A stretch of DNA of 64,000 nt from an uncultured Bacteroidales bacterium (GCA_963757935.1 CAVWSZ010000016.1:206321-270320), one strand, 5' to 3'; numbered from the stretch's first letter, positions 20,549 to 29,761 are shown. Notes: generated from the letters alone by a model not told the origin. Made by a program: numbers and translations.

Positions 20549-21349
20549 TCATTCGATTTTCCGGTTCATACTTCCTGTACGGTACCCTTCGAGATCTACC
20601 GTAATATAACTGTATCCCAGCGCTTTAAGTTTCGTGGTAATGCCGGTCCTCAGTTTCTCATCAAGTAATGAAGTCATGTTTTCAGTTCTGCATTCTATCC
20701 TTACAACATCACCATGCACCCTAACCCTTGATCCCTTCAGCCCGAATCCGGTTAGAATATCTTCAGCAGCTTCAGCCTTTCTGAGTTCTTCCGGTGTGAT
20801 CACCGTTCCGTGGGGAAAGCGAGTCATGAGACAGGCATTCGAAGGCTTGTCCCATGTTGGGAGTCCGGCCTCCCGGGAAAGTGCCCTTATGTCTTCCTTG
20901 CTCATTCCTGCTTCAAGCAGCGGGCTCCTTACACCGAACTCCTTCAGGGCTCTCATGCCCGGACGGTAGTCGGATACATCATCCAGATTGGTACCGTCAA
21001 ATACATAGTTGAATCCGGCCTTAACGGCCTCACCCGTTATGAGGTTCATGACTTCCCGCTTGCACAGATAGCATCTCTCCGGAGGATTGTTCCCGACAAC
21101 ATCAGGAATTCCCATTATGATCTGCCTGTGATCAATGCCATGACCGGTGCAGAATGCAATGGCTTCGCTCACCTCAGAAGCGAACATGTAGGGCGAATTT
21201 ACAGTCACGGCAAGCAGCCTTAGTTCTTTTACTTCCGAGGCGACCCAGGCGAGGAAAACACTGTCGGTGCCTCCTGACAGGGCCACCACAGCTGATCCTG
21301 CCTCTGCAAGCAGGTTCCTTAGTGTTTGCAGTTTTTCTTCCCTCTTCAT
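20549..21349 (-). CDS. larE: ATP-dependent sulfur transferase LarE (PP-loop)
   Basis: Start chosen at the ATG at 21349 (MKREEKLQTL...), which overlaps the larC stop as ATGA. PP-loop motif: VVALSGGTDS. Cysteines lie at ERCYLCK and SNACLMTRF. Confidence 0.85.
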   Translation of the reverse strand: MKREEKLQTLRNLLAEAGSAVVALSGGTDSVFLAWVASEVKELRLLAVTVNSPYMFASEVSEAIAFCTGHGIDHRQIIMGIPDVVGNNPPERCYLCKREVMNLITGEAVKAGFNYVFDGTNLDDVSDYRPGMRALKEFGVRSPLLEAGMSKEDIRALSREAGLPTWDKPSNACLMTRFPHGTVITPEELRKAEAAEDILTGFGLKGSRVRVHGDVVRIECRTENMTSLLDEKLRTGITTKLKALGYSYITVDLEGYRTGSMNRKIE

Positions 21350-22665
21350 TTCAGGTTGCCTGTCAGTGTCATGATCTCCTGTATTACCTGCTTCATCGGA
21401 AGGCCTGTTTCCGTGGCTATGGCCGCACACCTGTCAGCCTCGGGTTTAACGGAGACAAGACGTCCGTTGAAGAATGATTTTTTTATAACCACTTTACCGA
21501 AACGGGTCTCAATCTCTTCAAACTCGCGCTGAAGGGTCTCCTTTATAAACGGAATGATCCTCAGTCCGATTGTCGACGATTCGGTGAAGAGTATTTCACG
21601 GATATCACTTATCCTTTCTTCCTCGCATATAATGCTGATTGTAAACGCAGGCCTGCCCTTTTTCATGATGACAGGGGTGAACCATACATCCTTTGCGCCT
21701 GAGGCAAAAAGCTTTGCGGAAATATATTCAGACAGTTCGGGATTCATGTCGTCAATGTTGCACTCTACAATCATCGACTGGTGGCCTGAAACGGCCTTTT
21801 CATCGGTGTCAGCCAGATAAACCCTGAGAATGTTCGGCAGTGAAGGATTGTCCTTCTGTCCGATCCCATAGCCGGCTTTCTCTATTATATAACGCAGGTC
21901 TGCCGGTGCCGGTTCAGCCAGGGCGGCAATTATTGCAGCGCCGGTGGGGGTGGTGGCTTCAAAGCCGACTCCTCCGCGGTGCACCGGGAAACCCTTTATT
22001 ATGCGGGCAGTCGCCGGTGCCGGCACCGGCAGCAACCCGTGTTCACATCTTACCATGCCGCTTCCAAGTTCAAGATCAGAAACATAGACCTTCTCAACAT
22101 TCAACGCCCTGAAGCAAATGGCCGCACCCACGATATCAATAATTGAGTCCACGGCACCCACCTCATGAAAGTGAATCTCATTCACCGATACATTGTGTAC
22201 CGCAGCCTCTGCCTCGGCGATAACGCCGAAGATCCTCAGGGCCAGATCCTTTACATCCGGACCGAGAGAGCTGGAATTAATTATAAGCTCTATATCAGAT
22301 AGATTCCTTCGGCTGTGGCTGTGGCTGTGGCTGTAGTCATGGTCATGGTCATGGTCGTGGTCATGGCTGTGGTTGTGGTTGTGATCATGTTTGTGGTCAT
22401 GATTGTGATCATGGTCGTTATCATGGTGGTGATCATGACCCGCATGGCCATGTTCAGCGTTATTCTCCCCGCTGGTAATTACTGTGACCTTTGTTCCGGA
22501 GATGCCGTGCCTCTGATCCTTCATTATATCCAGTTTCCACCCTTCCAGGTTTAGCCTGGCGAGACCGTCGGTAAGAGTCTCCCGGGTTACTCCCAGGTCA
22601 AGCATTGCGCCGAGGTTCATATCGCCGCTGATGCCTGAGAAACAATCGTAATATAATATCTTCAT
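21346..22665 (-). CDS. larC: Nickel insertion protein LarC (single uninterrupted ORF)
   Basis: 439 aa. The N-terminus MKILYYDCFSGISGDMNLGAMLDLGV is typical of LarC, and there is a His/Asp-rich metal-binding tract. Confidence 0.85.
   Translation of the reverse strand: MKILYYDCFSGISGDMNLGAMLDLGVTRETLTDGLARLNLEGWKLDIMKDQRHGISGTKVTVITSGENNAEHGHAGHDHHHDNDHDHNHDHKHDHNHNHSHDHDHDHDHDYSHSHSHSRRNLSDIELIINSSSLGPDVKDLALRIFGVIAEAEAAVHNVSVNEIHFHEVGAVDSIIDIVGAAICFRALNVEKVYVSDLELGSGMVRCEHGLLPVPAPATARIIKGFPVHRGGVGFEATTPTGAAIIAALAEPAPADLRYIIEKAGYGIGQKDNPSLPNILRVYLADTDEKAVSGHQSMIVECNIDDMNPELSEYISAKLFASGAKDVWFTPVIMKKGRPAFTISIICEEERISDIREILFTESSTIGLRIIPFIKETLQREFEEIETRFGKVVIKKSFFNGRLVSVKPEADRCAAIATETGLPMKQVIQEIMTLTGNLK
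22312..22455 (-). repeat. Coding low-complexity tract (His/Asp/Asn repeats) in larC
   Basis: Encodes EHGHAGHDHHHDNDHDHNHDHKHDHNHNHSHDHDHDHDHDYSHSHSH. On the plus strand it appears as GTGGTCATG-like imperfect repeats. Confidence 0.9.
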
Positions 22666-22817
22666 ACTGTTGTCTTATCTGTTAAACCCGGAGCTCTCTT
22701 CCCCTCTGCCAGGTCGCTCTCCCGGGCCTGCTAATATAGCACTTGGTTACGATAAATTTAAAAATAATGTGTATTTTGCACGTTCTTTAAAGTGGGGTAA
22801 TTCAATTAAAAGAAGGT

Positions 22818-23744
22818 ATGAAAAGAAGGCAGTTTTTAAGAAATTCCGTCGGGGCAGGGCTTGCTGCCGGCACATTCCTGAGTCTGGGCAGATATGAGAA
22901 AGCGATAGCAGGGACTCCGCTGCCGGCTGCTGCCAGCTATGATCTGATTGCTGTAAAAGGTGGCGAACCAGCCGCCATGTTCGACATAGGTATTCAGGCA
23001 ATGGGCGGAATGGGATCGTTTGTCAGCAAGGGACAGAAAGTCGTTATTAAACCCAATATAGGCTGGGATGTGGTACCTGAAAAGGGTGGTAATACCAATC
23101 CTGCCCTCGTAAAACGTGTTATAGAACATTGCCTGAAAGCGGGAGCAAAAGAGGTTTATGTGTTTGACAACACCTGTGACAACTGGATAAGATGTTACAA
23201 GAATTCAGGAATAGAACAGGCCGCAAAAGACGCCGGAGCCAAAATAGTTCCTGCCAACTCCGAGAGTTACTACCAGGAAATATCGATCCCCAACGGGAAA
23301 AAGCTTACAAAGGCAAAAGTCCATGAGCTGATTCTTTCGAGTGACGTATTTATAAATGTCCCCATACTTAAACATCACAGTTCCGCCAAGATGACGGGAG
23401 CCCTGAAGAATATGATGGGTGTTGTCTGGGACCGTGGCTTCTGGCACAAAAATGACCTTAACCAGTGTATTGCCGACTATGCACTTTTTTCAAAGAAACC
23501 GCAGCTTAACGTCATGGATGCCTATAATGTCATGATGCGTAACGGTCCGCGTGGAGTGTCGAAAGATGACCTGTCTCTGATGCAGTCATTACTGCTTTCA
23601 ACCGACTGGGTTGCAATTGATGCAGCCGGTGCCAAAATGATGGGTCTTGAACCGTCACAAATAAATTATTTACCAATAGCTGCCGGAATGGGTCTGGGCA
23701 AGATTGACCTTGCCACAATGAATATCCACAGGATTAAAATGTAA
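22818..23744 (+). CDS. Tat-signal DUF362-family protein (function unknown)
   Basis: 308 aa with a twin-arginine signal, MKRRQFLRNSVGAGLAAGTFLSLG. DUF362-type blocks are present: KVVIKPNIGW and ILKHHSSAKMTGALKNMMG. Confidence 0.8.
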   Translation: MKRRQFLRNSVGAGLAAGTFLSLGRYEKAIAGTPLPAAASYDLIAVKGGEPAAMFDIGIQAMGGMGSFVSKGQKVVIKPNIGWDVVPEKGGNTNPALVKRVIEHCLKAGAKEVYVFDNTCDNWIRCYKNSGIEQAAKDAGAKIVPANSESYYQEISIPNGKKLTKAKVHELILSSDVFINVPILKHHSSAKMTGALKNMMGVVWDRGFWHKNDLNQCIADYALFSKKPQLNVMDAYNVMMRNGPRGVSKDDLSLMQSLLLSTDWVAIDAAGAKMMGLEPSQINYLPIAAGMGLGKIDLATMNIHRIKM

Positions 23745-23750
23745 CACCTG

Positions 23751-25318
23751 ATGAGGTCTTCGGCGTTAAAACATATCCGGGTTGTATTTTCGGTAATTGT
23801 CCTATTTGCTCTTGCCCTGCTCTTTCTCGATTTCAGGGGTATGGTTCCCGTGAAGGCATTCGGTCCGCTGCTTTACCTGCAGTTTGTGCCCTCGTTACTT
23901 AAATTTGCAATTGCCGGCGTTGCCGCAGCAACTGGATTCATGGTTATAATTCTGATAACTGTCATCACAGGCCGTACCTATTGCTCATTTCTCTGTCCGC
24001 TCGGAATACTTCAGGATGTGATAAGCAGGGTAGGAGGCACATTCAAAAGACGGTTCCGGAAATACGGCTTCAAGAAGCCCTACACAGTACTCCGTTACTT
24101 CATTCTTGCAATGACAGCCGGGATAATGCTTCTCGGCGGAGCCTACGTCCTCACAATCCTTGATCCGTACAGCACCTTCGGCCGGTTCATGACATACTTC
24201 GGCAAGCCGGCCCTGATCTTCCTGAACAACCAGGTAGCTGCACTCCTCGGGGAATTTGATATTTACACGATTTACAAAGTTGATATTAAGACATACCAGC
24301 TTGCTGCATATGCAGTGCCTGTAAGTTTTGTGCTGCTCGTGGGCATACTCTCTTTCCGGTACGGCAGGCTTTACTGCAACACTGTATGTCCGGTCGGAAC
24401 TTTTCTCGGCCTCCTGAGCAAGGTATCACTCTTCAGGATCAGGTTTGACGAGTCGGCATGTACCCGTTGCGGCCGCTGCGCTGCATGCCTGCAAATCATC
24501 ATGCATCGATTTTCTCCACCGCCATGTCGACGTAACGCGGTGTGTCAATTGCTTCAACTGTCTTGATGCATGTTCCGAGAAAGCGATGGGATACGGACTG
24601 GTAAGGCTGAAAAAGCCTGTGACTCCTGTCGAACCTGATGCTTCACGTCGTCAGTTCATTGCCGGGTCATTGCTTTTTCTCGCAGGAACATCACAGCTGG
24701 TCAGGAGCACAGGACAAAACTGCACCTGTACCCACAAAGGATTCTACAGTAAAGGAAGACAGACTCTATCCTGTTTCACCTCCCGGCTCTATCGGGACTT
24801 GGAAAATTTACAGACAGGTGTACGGCATGCTCACTATGCGTCAGCGCCTGCCCCACCAGTGTCCTGCAGCCATCTGTCAGTGAGTATGGTTTTGCAGGCA
24901 TTATGCAGCCCAGGATGGATTTTCACAGCGGCTTCTGCAACTATGAGTGCACTATCTGCACTGATATCTGCCCCACAGGAGCCATCATGCCGCTTGATGC
25001 TTGAGGCAAAGAAACTTACCCAGATCGGGAAAGCAGTCTTTATTAAGGATAACTGCATTGTAAAAACTGAAAAGACGGCCTGCGGAGCCTGCTCAGAACA
25101 CTGTCCTACAAAAGCCTGTTCGATGATCCCGTATGAAGGTACACTTGTCATTCCGGAAGTAATAGACGATATATGTATCGGGTGCGGTGCCTGTGAACAC
25201 GCCTGTCCCACGAGACCTTACCGTGCAATATTTGTAGACGGCAACCCGAATCACGAGGCAGCTAAAAAACCTGAAATAAAAGAACTTCAGGTATACAACC
25301 GAAGATTTCCCCTTCTGA
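23751..25318 (+). pseudogene. Membrane-anchored polyferredoxin (NapH-like membrane part plus several 4Fe-4S domains), about 5 frameshifts as sequenced
   Basis: The N-terminus has several TM segments with the membrane Cys motifs YCSFLCPLGILQD and YCNTVCPVGTFLG. Ferredoxin motifs are spread over three frames: CTRCGRCAA/ACKSSC, CVNCFNCLDAC, CTACSLCVSACP, CNYECTICTDICP, CGACSEHCP and CIGCGACEHACP. The frame path is 0>1>2>0>1>2. The end is either 25318 (alternative frame ...EDFPF*) or 25434. Confidence 0.7.
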
Positions 25319-25447
25319 CTTCACCTGTCCGGTGGTTTTGCGGCATTTTTAAAATAATGCAAAAACATGATATTTATCTTTTTAAGGTGTGCGAAACAGC
25401 CTTACTTTGCGCTGTCATTTTTCGAATACTTTAAATCCTCTTTTTTT

Positions 25448-25864
25448 ATGAAACCAACACATATTGAGCATATCGGAATTGCGGTAAATTCACTGGCAGA
25501 GGCAATTCCCTTTTATGAAAAAGTGCTGGGCGTAAATTGCTACAGCATTGAAGAAGTTGCTGAACAGAAGGTTAAGACAGCATTCTTCATGATTGGACAG
25601 ACCAAGATCGAACTTCTCGAGTCAACGGATCCTGAGGGTCCGGTAGGCAAATTTATAGAAAAGAAGGGCGAAGGCATTCACCATATCGCTTATGCCGTTG
25701 AGAATATCGAGGAGAGTCTGAAAGAGGCAGAGGCAGCCGGCATCAAACTCATCGACCTTCATCCGCGTCGCGGAGCCGAAGGCATGAATATTGCCTTCCT
25801 GCACCCAAAATCCACATTCGGTGTGCTCACAGAGTTTTGCGAAGACAGTAATAAAAGAAAATAA
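25448..25864 (+). CDS. mce: Methylmalonyl-CoA epimerase (VOC/glyoxalase fold)
   Basis: ATG at 25448. MKPTHIEHIGIAVNSLAEAIPFYEKVLG ... GEGIHHIAYAV. It is the first gene of the decarboxylase operon. Confidence 0.8.
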   Translation: MKPTHIEHIGIAVNSLAEAIPFYEKVLGVNCYSIEEVAEQKVKTAFFMIGQTKIELLESTDPEGPVGKFIEKKGEGIHHIAYAVENIEESLKEAEAAGIKLIDLHPRRGAEGMNIAFLHPKSTFGVLTEFCEDSNKRK

Positions 25865-25879
25865 TAAATACCACGTTCA

Positions 25880-27439
25880 ATGAACAGTCAGGAAAGAATT
25901 CAACAGCTTCTGGATTACAGGGATAAGGCGCGCAAGGGCGGAGGCGACAAGCGTATTGATGATCAGCATTCAAAGGGAAAGCTAACAGCCAGGGAGCGTA
26001 TTACAATGCTGCTCGATGAGGGCAGTTTTGAAGAGTATGACATGTTTGTCACACACCGTACCGAGGATTTCGGTCTGGCAGACAAGAAGTTCCTCTCAGA
26101 CGGTGTAATCACAGGCCACGGTACAATTGACGGCCGTATCGTCTTTGTTTTTGCCCAGGACTTTACCGTTTTCGGCGGATCTCTTTCCGAGACTTTTGCA
26201 CAGAAGATATGCAAGATAATGGACCAGGCGATGCAGGTGGGAGCACCTTTGATCGGCATTAATGACTCAGGCGGTGCAAGAATCCAGGAAGGTGTACGCA
26301 GTCTTGCCGGCTATGCTGAGATATTCGAGCGCAATATCCTGGCTTCAGGAGTTATCCCTCAGATATCAGCCATTTTCGGACCCTGTGCAGGAGGAGCAGT
26401 TTATTCTCCTGCCCTGACAGACTTCATAATAATGAACAAGAAGAACAGCTATATGTTTGTCACCGGCCCGAAGGTGGCAAAGGCTGTTACCGGTGAAGAT
26501 ATCTCAATTGAGGATCTCGGCGGCGCAATAATGCATGCAACAAAATCAGGCGTGGCTCACTTTGTCTGCGAAGATGAGGAAGAGGGCCTGGACCTGATCA
26601 GGAAGCTTCTTTCCTTCATGCCGCAGAATAACCTCGAGGAACCTCCGCAGACAGACTGTGATGACCCGATTGACAGGCTTGAGGATGAACTTAATGATAT
26701 AATTCCCGAAAGCCCCAACCAGCCTTATGATGTCAAAGATGTAATAAGCAGGGTGGTGGATTATCATGACTTTCTGGAAGTGCATGCACTGTATGCAAAG
26801 AATATTATTGTGGGGTTTGCCAAGTTTGACGGAATGCCTGTGGGCATTGTTGCAAACCAGCCCTGCTTCCTCGCAGGTGTTCTGGATATCGAAGCCTCAC
26901 GCAAGGCAGCCCGTTTCATAAGATTCTGTGATGCATTCAATATCCCGATAGTTACATTTGTTGATGTTCCGGGGTTCCTTCCCGGATCAACGCAGGAGTA
27001 CGGCGGCATAATTATTCACGGCGCCAAACTCATGTTCGCCTACGGTGAAGCCAATGTACCCAAGATTACAGTCACACTCAGGAAATCCTACGGCGGAGCC
27101 CATTGTGTAATGTCTTCAAAACAGCTTCGCGGTGATCTTAACTATGCATGGCCAACGGCAGAGATAGCTGTTATGGGCCCCCAGGGTGCCATCGAGGTAC
27201 TTGAAGGCAAAACCATCAGCGAGATTGAGGATCCCAAGCAGAGAAAAGAGTATGTCACCAGGAAGGAGGACGAATACCGGCTTAAATTTGCAAATCCTTA
27301 TGAGGCAGCGAGGTACGGCTATCTTGATGATGTAATTGAACCGCGAAACACAAGGTTCAGGGTCATCAGGGCATTGAGAACTCTTTCCACCAAGAAGGAT
27401 CCCGGACCAATGAAGAAACATTCGAATATTCCACTCTAA
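25880..27439 (+). CDS. mmdA: Methylmalonyl-CoA decarboxylase alpha subunit (acyl-CoA carboxyltransferase)
   Basis: 519 aa of the propionyl-CoA carboxylase beta / MmdA family (GKLTARERI..., [26 protein letters not shown]). Confidence 0.85.
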   Translation: MNSQERIQQLLDYRDKARKGGGDKRIDDQHSKGKLTARERITMLLDEGSFEEYDMFVTHRTEDFGLADKKFLSDGVITGHGTIDGRIVFVFAQDFTVFGGSLSETFAQKICKIMDQAMQVGAPLIGINDSGGARIQEGVRSLAGYAEIFERNILASGVIPQISAIFGPCAGGAVYSPALTDFIIMNKKNSYMFVTGPKVAKAVTGEDISIEDLGGAIMHATKSGVAHFVCEDEEEGLDLIRKLLSFMPQNNLEEPPQTDCDDPIDRLEDELNDIIPESPNQPYDVKDVISRVVDYHDFLEVHALYAKNIIVGFAKFDGMPVGIVANQPCFLAGVLDIEASRKAARFIRFCDAFNIPIVTFVDVPGFLPGSTQEYGGIIIHGAKLMFAYGEANVPKITVTLRKSYGGAHCVMSSKQLRGDLNYAWPTAEIAVMGPQGAIEVLEGKTISEIEDPKQRKEYVTRKEDEYRLKFANPYEAARYGYLDDVIEPRNTRFRVIRALRTLSTKKDPGPMKKHSNIPL

Positions 27440-27441
27440 TA

Positions 27442-27820
27442 ATGAGGATCAATGAACTGTATCAGCTATTTCCGCGGTATACGGTCAGGTATTTGATTCA
27501 CTGACCTGGATAATAGTCCTGGTGGGTATTGGTATTGTTTTTCTCTCACTTCTGATCATTTACCTCTTTTTCAGGTATGTTCTGACATTTATCCTGAACT
27601 TCAGGCTGAAGAGTTTTGCCCGCAAAAAGGGCATCGATCCGGCAGAGGTATACAGACCAAAACTATGATGTCAGGTGAGGTCAATGCAGCCATTGCAATG
27701 GCACTCTATTCTTATTTTAATGAAATGCACGATGTGGAGAGCGGCATAGTTACGATAAAGCGCGTATCAAAAAATTATTCTCCGTGGAGTTCAAAACTTT
27801 ATAATATGAAAAATCTTTAG
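27442..27820 (+). pseudogene. mmdD: Small membrane subunit (OadG/MmdD-like), about 2 frameshifts as sequenced
   Basis: Three frame pieces are visible: MRINELYQLF..., the TM segment ...LTWIIVLVGIGIVFLSLLIIYLFF..., and the tail SGEVNAAIAMALYSYFNEMHDVESGIVTIKRVSKNYSPWSSKLYNMKNL. The tail is typical of the delta/gamma small subunit in Bacteroidota. Confidence 0.55.
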
Positions 27821-27851
27821 TAACAGAAGATTAAGTCTAAGGAAATCCGAA

Positions 27852-28285
27852 ATGAAAAACTACAAATTCACGATAAACGGAAACCAGTACGAGGTTGAGG
27901 TTCATGAGATTGAAGGTAACATGGCCACGCATCGAGGTTAACGGCACCGACATACCAGGTTGAATTGCACCAGGAGGTACCGAAAACCAGGCCAGTTCAG
28001 CCGGCAGCAGCACCAAGAGCTGCGGCGAAGGAAAGTTCCTCCCCGGCTCCTGCCAAAAAGAGCGGAGGACCGTCTACAGGAGTGAAAGCTCCTCTGCCGG
28101 GAGTGATACTCCAGGTACTTGTCAGACCCGGTGATGAGGTTAAAGCCGGACAGACACTGTGCACGCTGGAGACAATGAAAATGGAGAATGCCATTAAAAC
28201 TGATATCGCCGGTACTGTGGCTTCGGTTAAGGTCAACCCCGGTCAGTCAGTTTTGCAGGATGAACTGTTAATTGAAATCAACTGA
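27852..28285 (+). pseudogene. mmdC: Biotin carboxyl carrier subunit, 2 frameshifts as sequenced
   Basis: The sequence starts MKNYKFTINGNQYEVEVHEIEGNMA, continues IEVNGT in the +1 frame, then YQVELHQE... in the next frame. An Ala/Pro linker follows, then the biotinyl motif LETMKMEN. The breaks are near 27925-27930 and 27945-27950. Confidence 0.75.
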
Positions 28286-29641
28286 TGATGGCAAAGAGAA
28301 AACTATGGACCATGCTTGGGATGCTGGTGATCATATCACTGGCATGGACTGCCTTTGTGAAACCAGAGAAGGAGAAAGCGGAGGCATTGAAAGCTGCCGG
28401 TATTGAAAACATTTCGGCTTTACCCCAGTATCAGGCTTCTGATCCGGGGGAATCACAGCTGTCACAGGGTCTTAAGCAATTCTGGGCCTATACCGGATTC
28501 CGGAATGCCACCTCCGGTCACCTGATAATGATAGTTGTCGGATTGGTCTTTATCTTCCTCGCAATAAGATATGAGTATGAACCTCTGCTGCTGATACCAA
28601 TCGGTACCGGCATACTGATCGGAAACATACCCTTTTTACAGGATGGAGACCTGAACCTGCAGGTAGGAATTTATCAGCAGGGCAGTGTGCTGAATTACCT
28701 CTATTTCGGAGTCCTGAAAGGGAATTTATCCTCCTCTTATCTTTCTCGGGATCGGAGCAATGACAGACTTTTCTTCCCTGATCTCCAATCCAAGGCTTCT
28801 GCTTCTGGGAGCAGCAGCACAACTTGGTATATTTGTAACTTTTCTTGGTGCAATTGCCCTTGGTTTTCCAAAACCTGAGGCTGCTGCCATTGGAATTATC
28901 GGCGGCGCAGACGGTCCGACAGCTATCTTTCTGTCTTCCAGACTTGCAAATGGCATAAACATTCTGCCTGACGGTACGACAGTGAAAAACCTGATCGGCC
29001 CTATTGCAATTGCTGCTTATTCATATATGGCGCTGGTTCCGGTCATTCAGCCGCCGATCATGAGACTGATGACCTCAAAGAAGGAGCGGCTTATCCGCAT
29101 GAAACCTCCGAGAGTTGTAACCAAAACGGAAAAGATACTGTTTCCGATTTTCGGGCTGCTTCTTACCTGTTTCATTTCACCGAGCGCACTTCCGCTACTT
29201 GGAATGCTCTTCTTCGGTAACCTGCTGAAGGAGTCAGGGGTCACTAAAAGACTTGCCGAGACTGCCAGAACATCACTGATTGATATTGTTACAATAATAA
29301 TAGGTCTGACAGTTGGTGCCTCAACCCAGGCTGATGTATTTCTTACCAAAGAATCTGTACTGATTTTCGGACTGGGAGCATGTGCATTCGGCGTGGCAAC
29401 CTTCGGAGGTGTTGGTTTCGCCAAGGTCATGAATCTGTTCCTGCCTGAGGATGACAAGATCAATCCTCTCATCGGTAATGCCGGAGTCTCGGCAGTACCT
29501 GACAGTGCCCGTGTTTCTGAGATGGAAGGGCTGAAGTCCGATAAGACAAACCACCTGCTGATGCATGCCATGGGACCTAATGTGGCAGGCGTAATTGGCT
29601 CTGCAATTGCTGCAGGGATTCTGCTGGGATACCTTGGTTAA
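28285..29641 (+). pseudogene. mmdB: Na+-translocating decarboxylase beta subunit, 1 frameshift as sequenced
   Basis: ORF 28285-28878 and ORF 28760-29641 join if one G is removed from the GGG at 28720-28722. The join gives ...[42 protein letters not shown]..., typical of the OadB/MmdB family. Confidence 0.85.
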
Positions 29642-29663
29642 AGGCCCTGGTATTAAAATTTAA

Positions 29664-29692
29664 GGACCGCCGGAAACGACGGTCTTTTTTTT
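29664..29692 (+). terminator. Rho-independent terminator after mmdB
   Basis: GGACCGCCGGAAACGACGGTC is followed by TTTTTTTT, about 25 nt after the stop. Confidence 0.7.
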
Positions 29693-29761
29693 CACGGCAG
29701 GGTAAAAAGTAAGGTCTGCCTGATAGTGATCTATCTCATTCTTTATGCCGGAATATTTATT

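Noticed and set aside
21346-21430. An apparent 85-nt overlap of the larE ORF with larC, considered as a possible programmed frameshift like larC1/larC2.
   Set aside because: larC is intact in one frame. The larE extension upstream of the ATG at 21349 (MCGHSHGNRPSDEAG...) is unconserved-looking. The ATGA start/stop overlap is the normal explanation.
22315-22554. A plus-strand ORF, MAVAVAVVMVMVMVVVMAVVVV..., and the short repeats here, considered as a possible membrane peptide, microsatellite or CRISPR-like array.
   Set aside because: It is the antisense reading of the His/Asp tract of larC. The repeats are imperfect, contiguous and lack spacers.
22740-22800. A TAnnTTTG promoter for the DUF362 gene (gtattttgca) and for larC in the divergent spacer.
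   Set aside because: The closest string, TATTTTG, is one T short of the consensus, and no exact match exists on either strand. The promoters are therefore left unassigned.
24990-25005. An in-frame TGA inside the polyferredoxin (…AIMPLDA*), considered as possible selenocysteine or programmed recoding. The same question applies to the other frame breaks.
   Set aside because: Reading through the TGA gives nonsense, whereas the +1 frame continues the ferredoxin sequence. I noticed no recoding signal, and the same pattern recurs in many unrelated genes, several times at homopolymers. This fits indel error.
25880-29641. The decarboxylase operon, considered as an oxaloacetate decarboxylase serving the adjacent citrate lyase.
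   Set aside because: The alpha subunit is the 519-aa acyl-CoA carboxyltransferase type, not an OadA type. A methylmalonyl-CoA epimerase also heads the operon. It is therefore called methylmalonyl-CoA decarboxylase.
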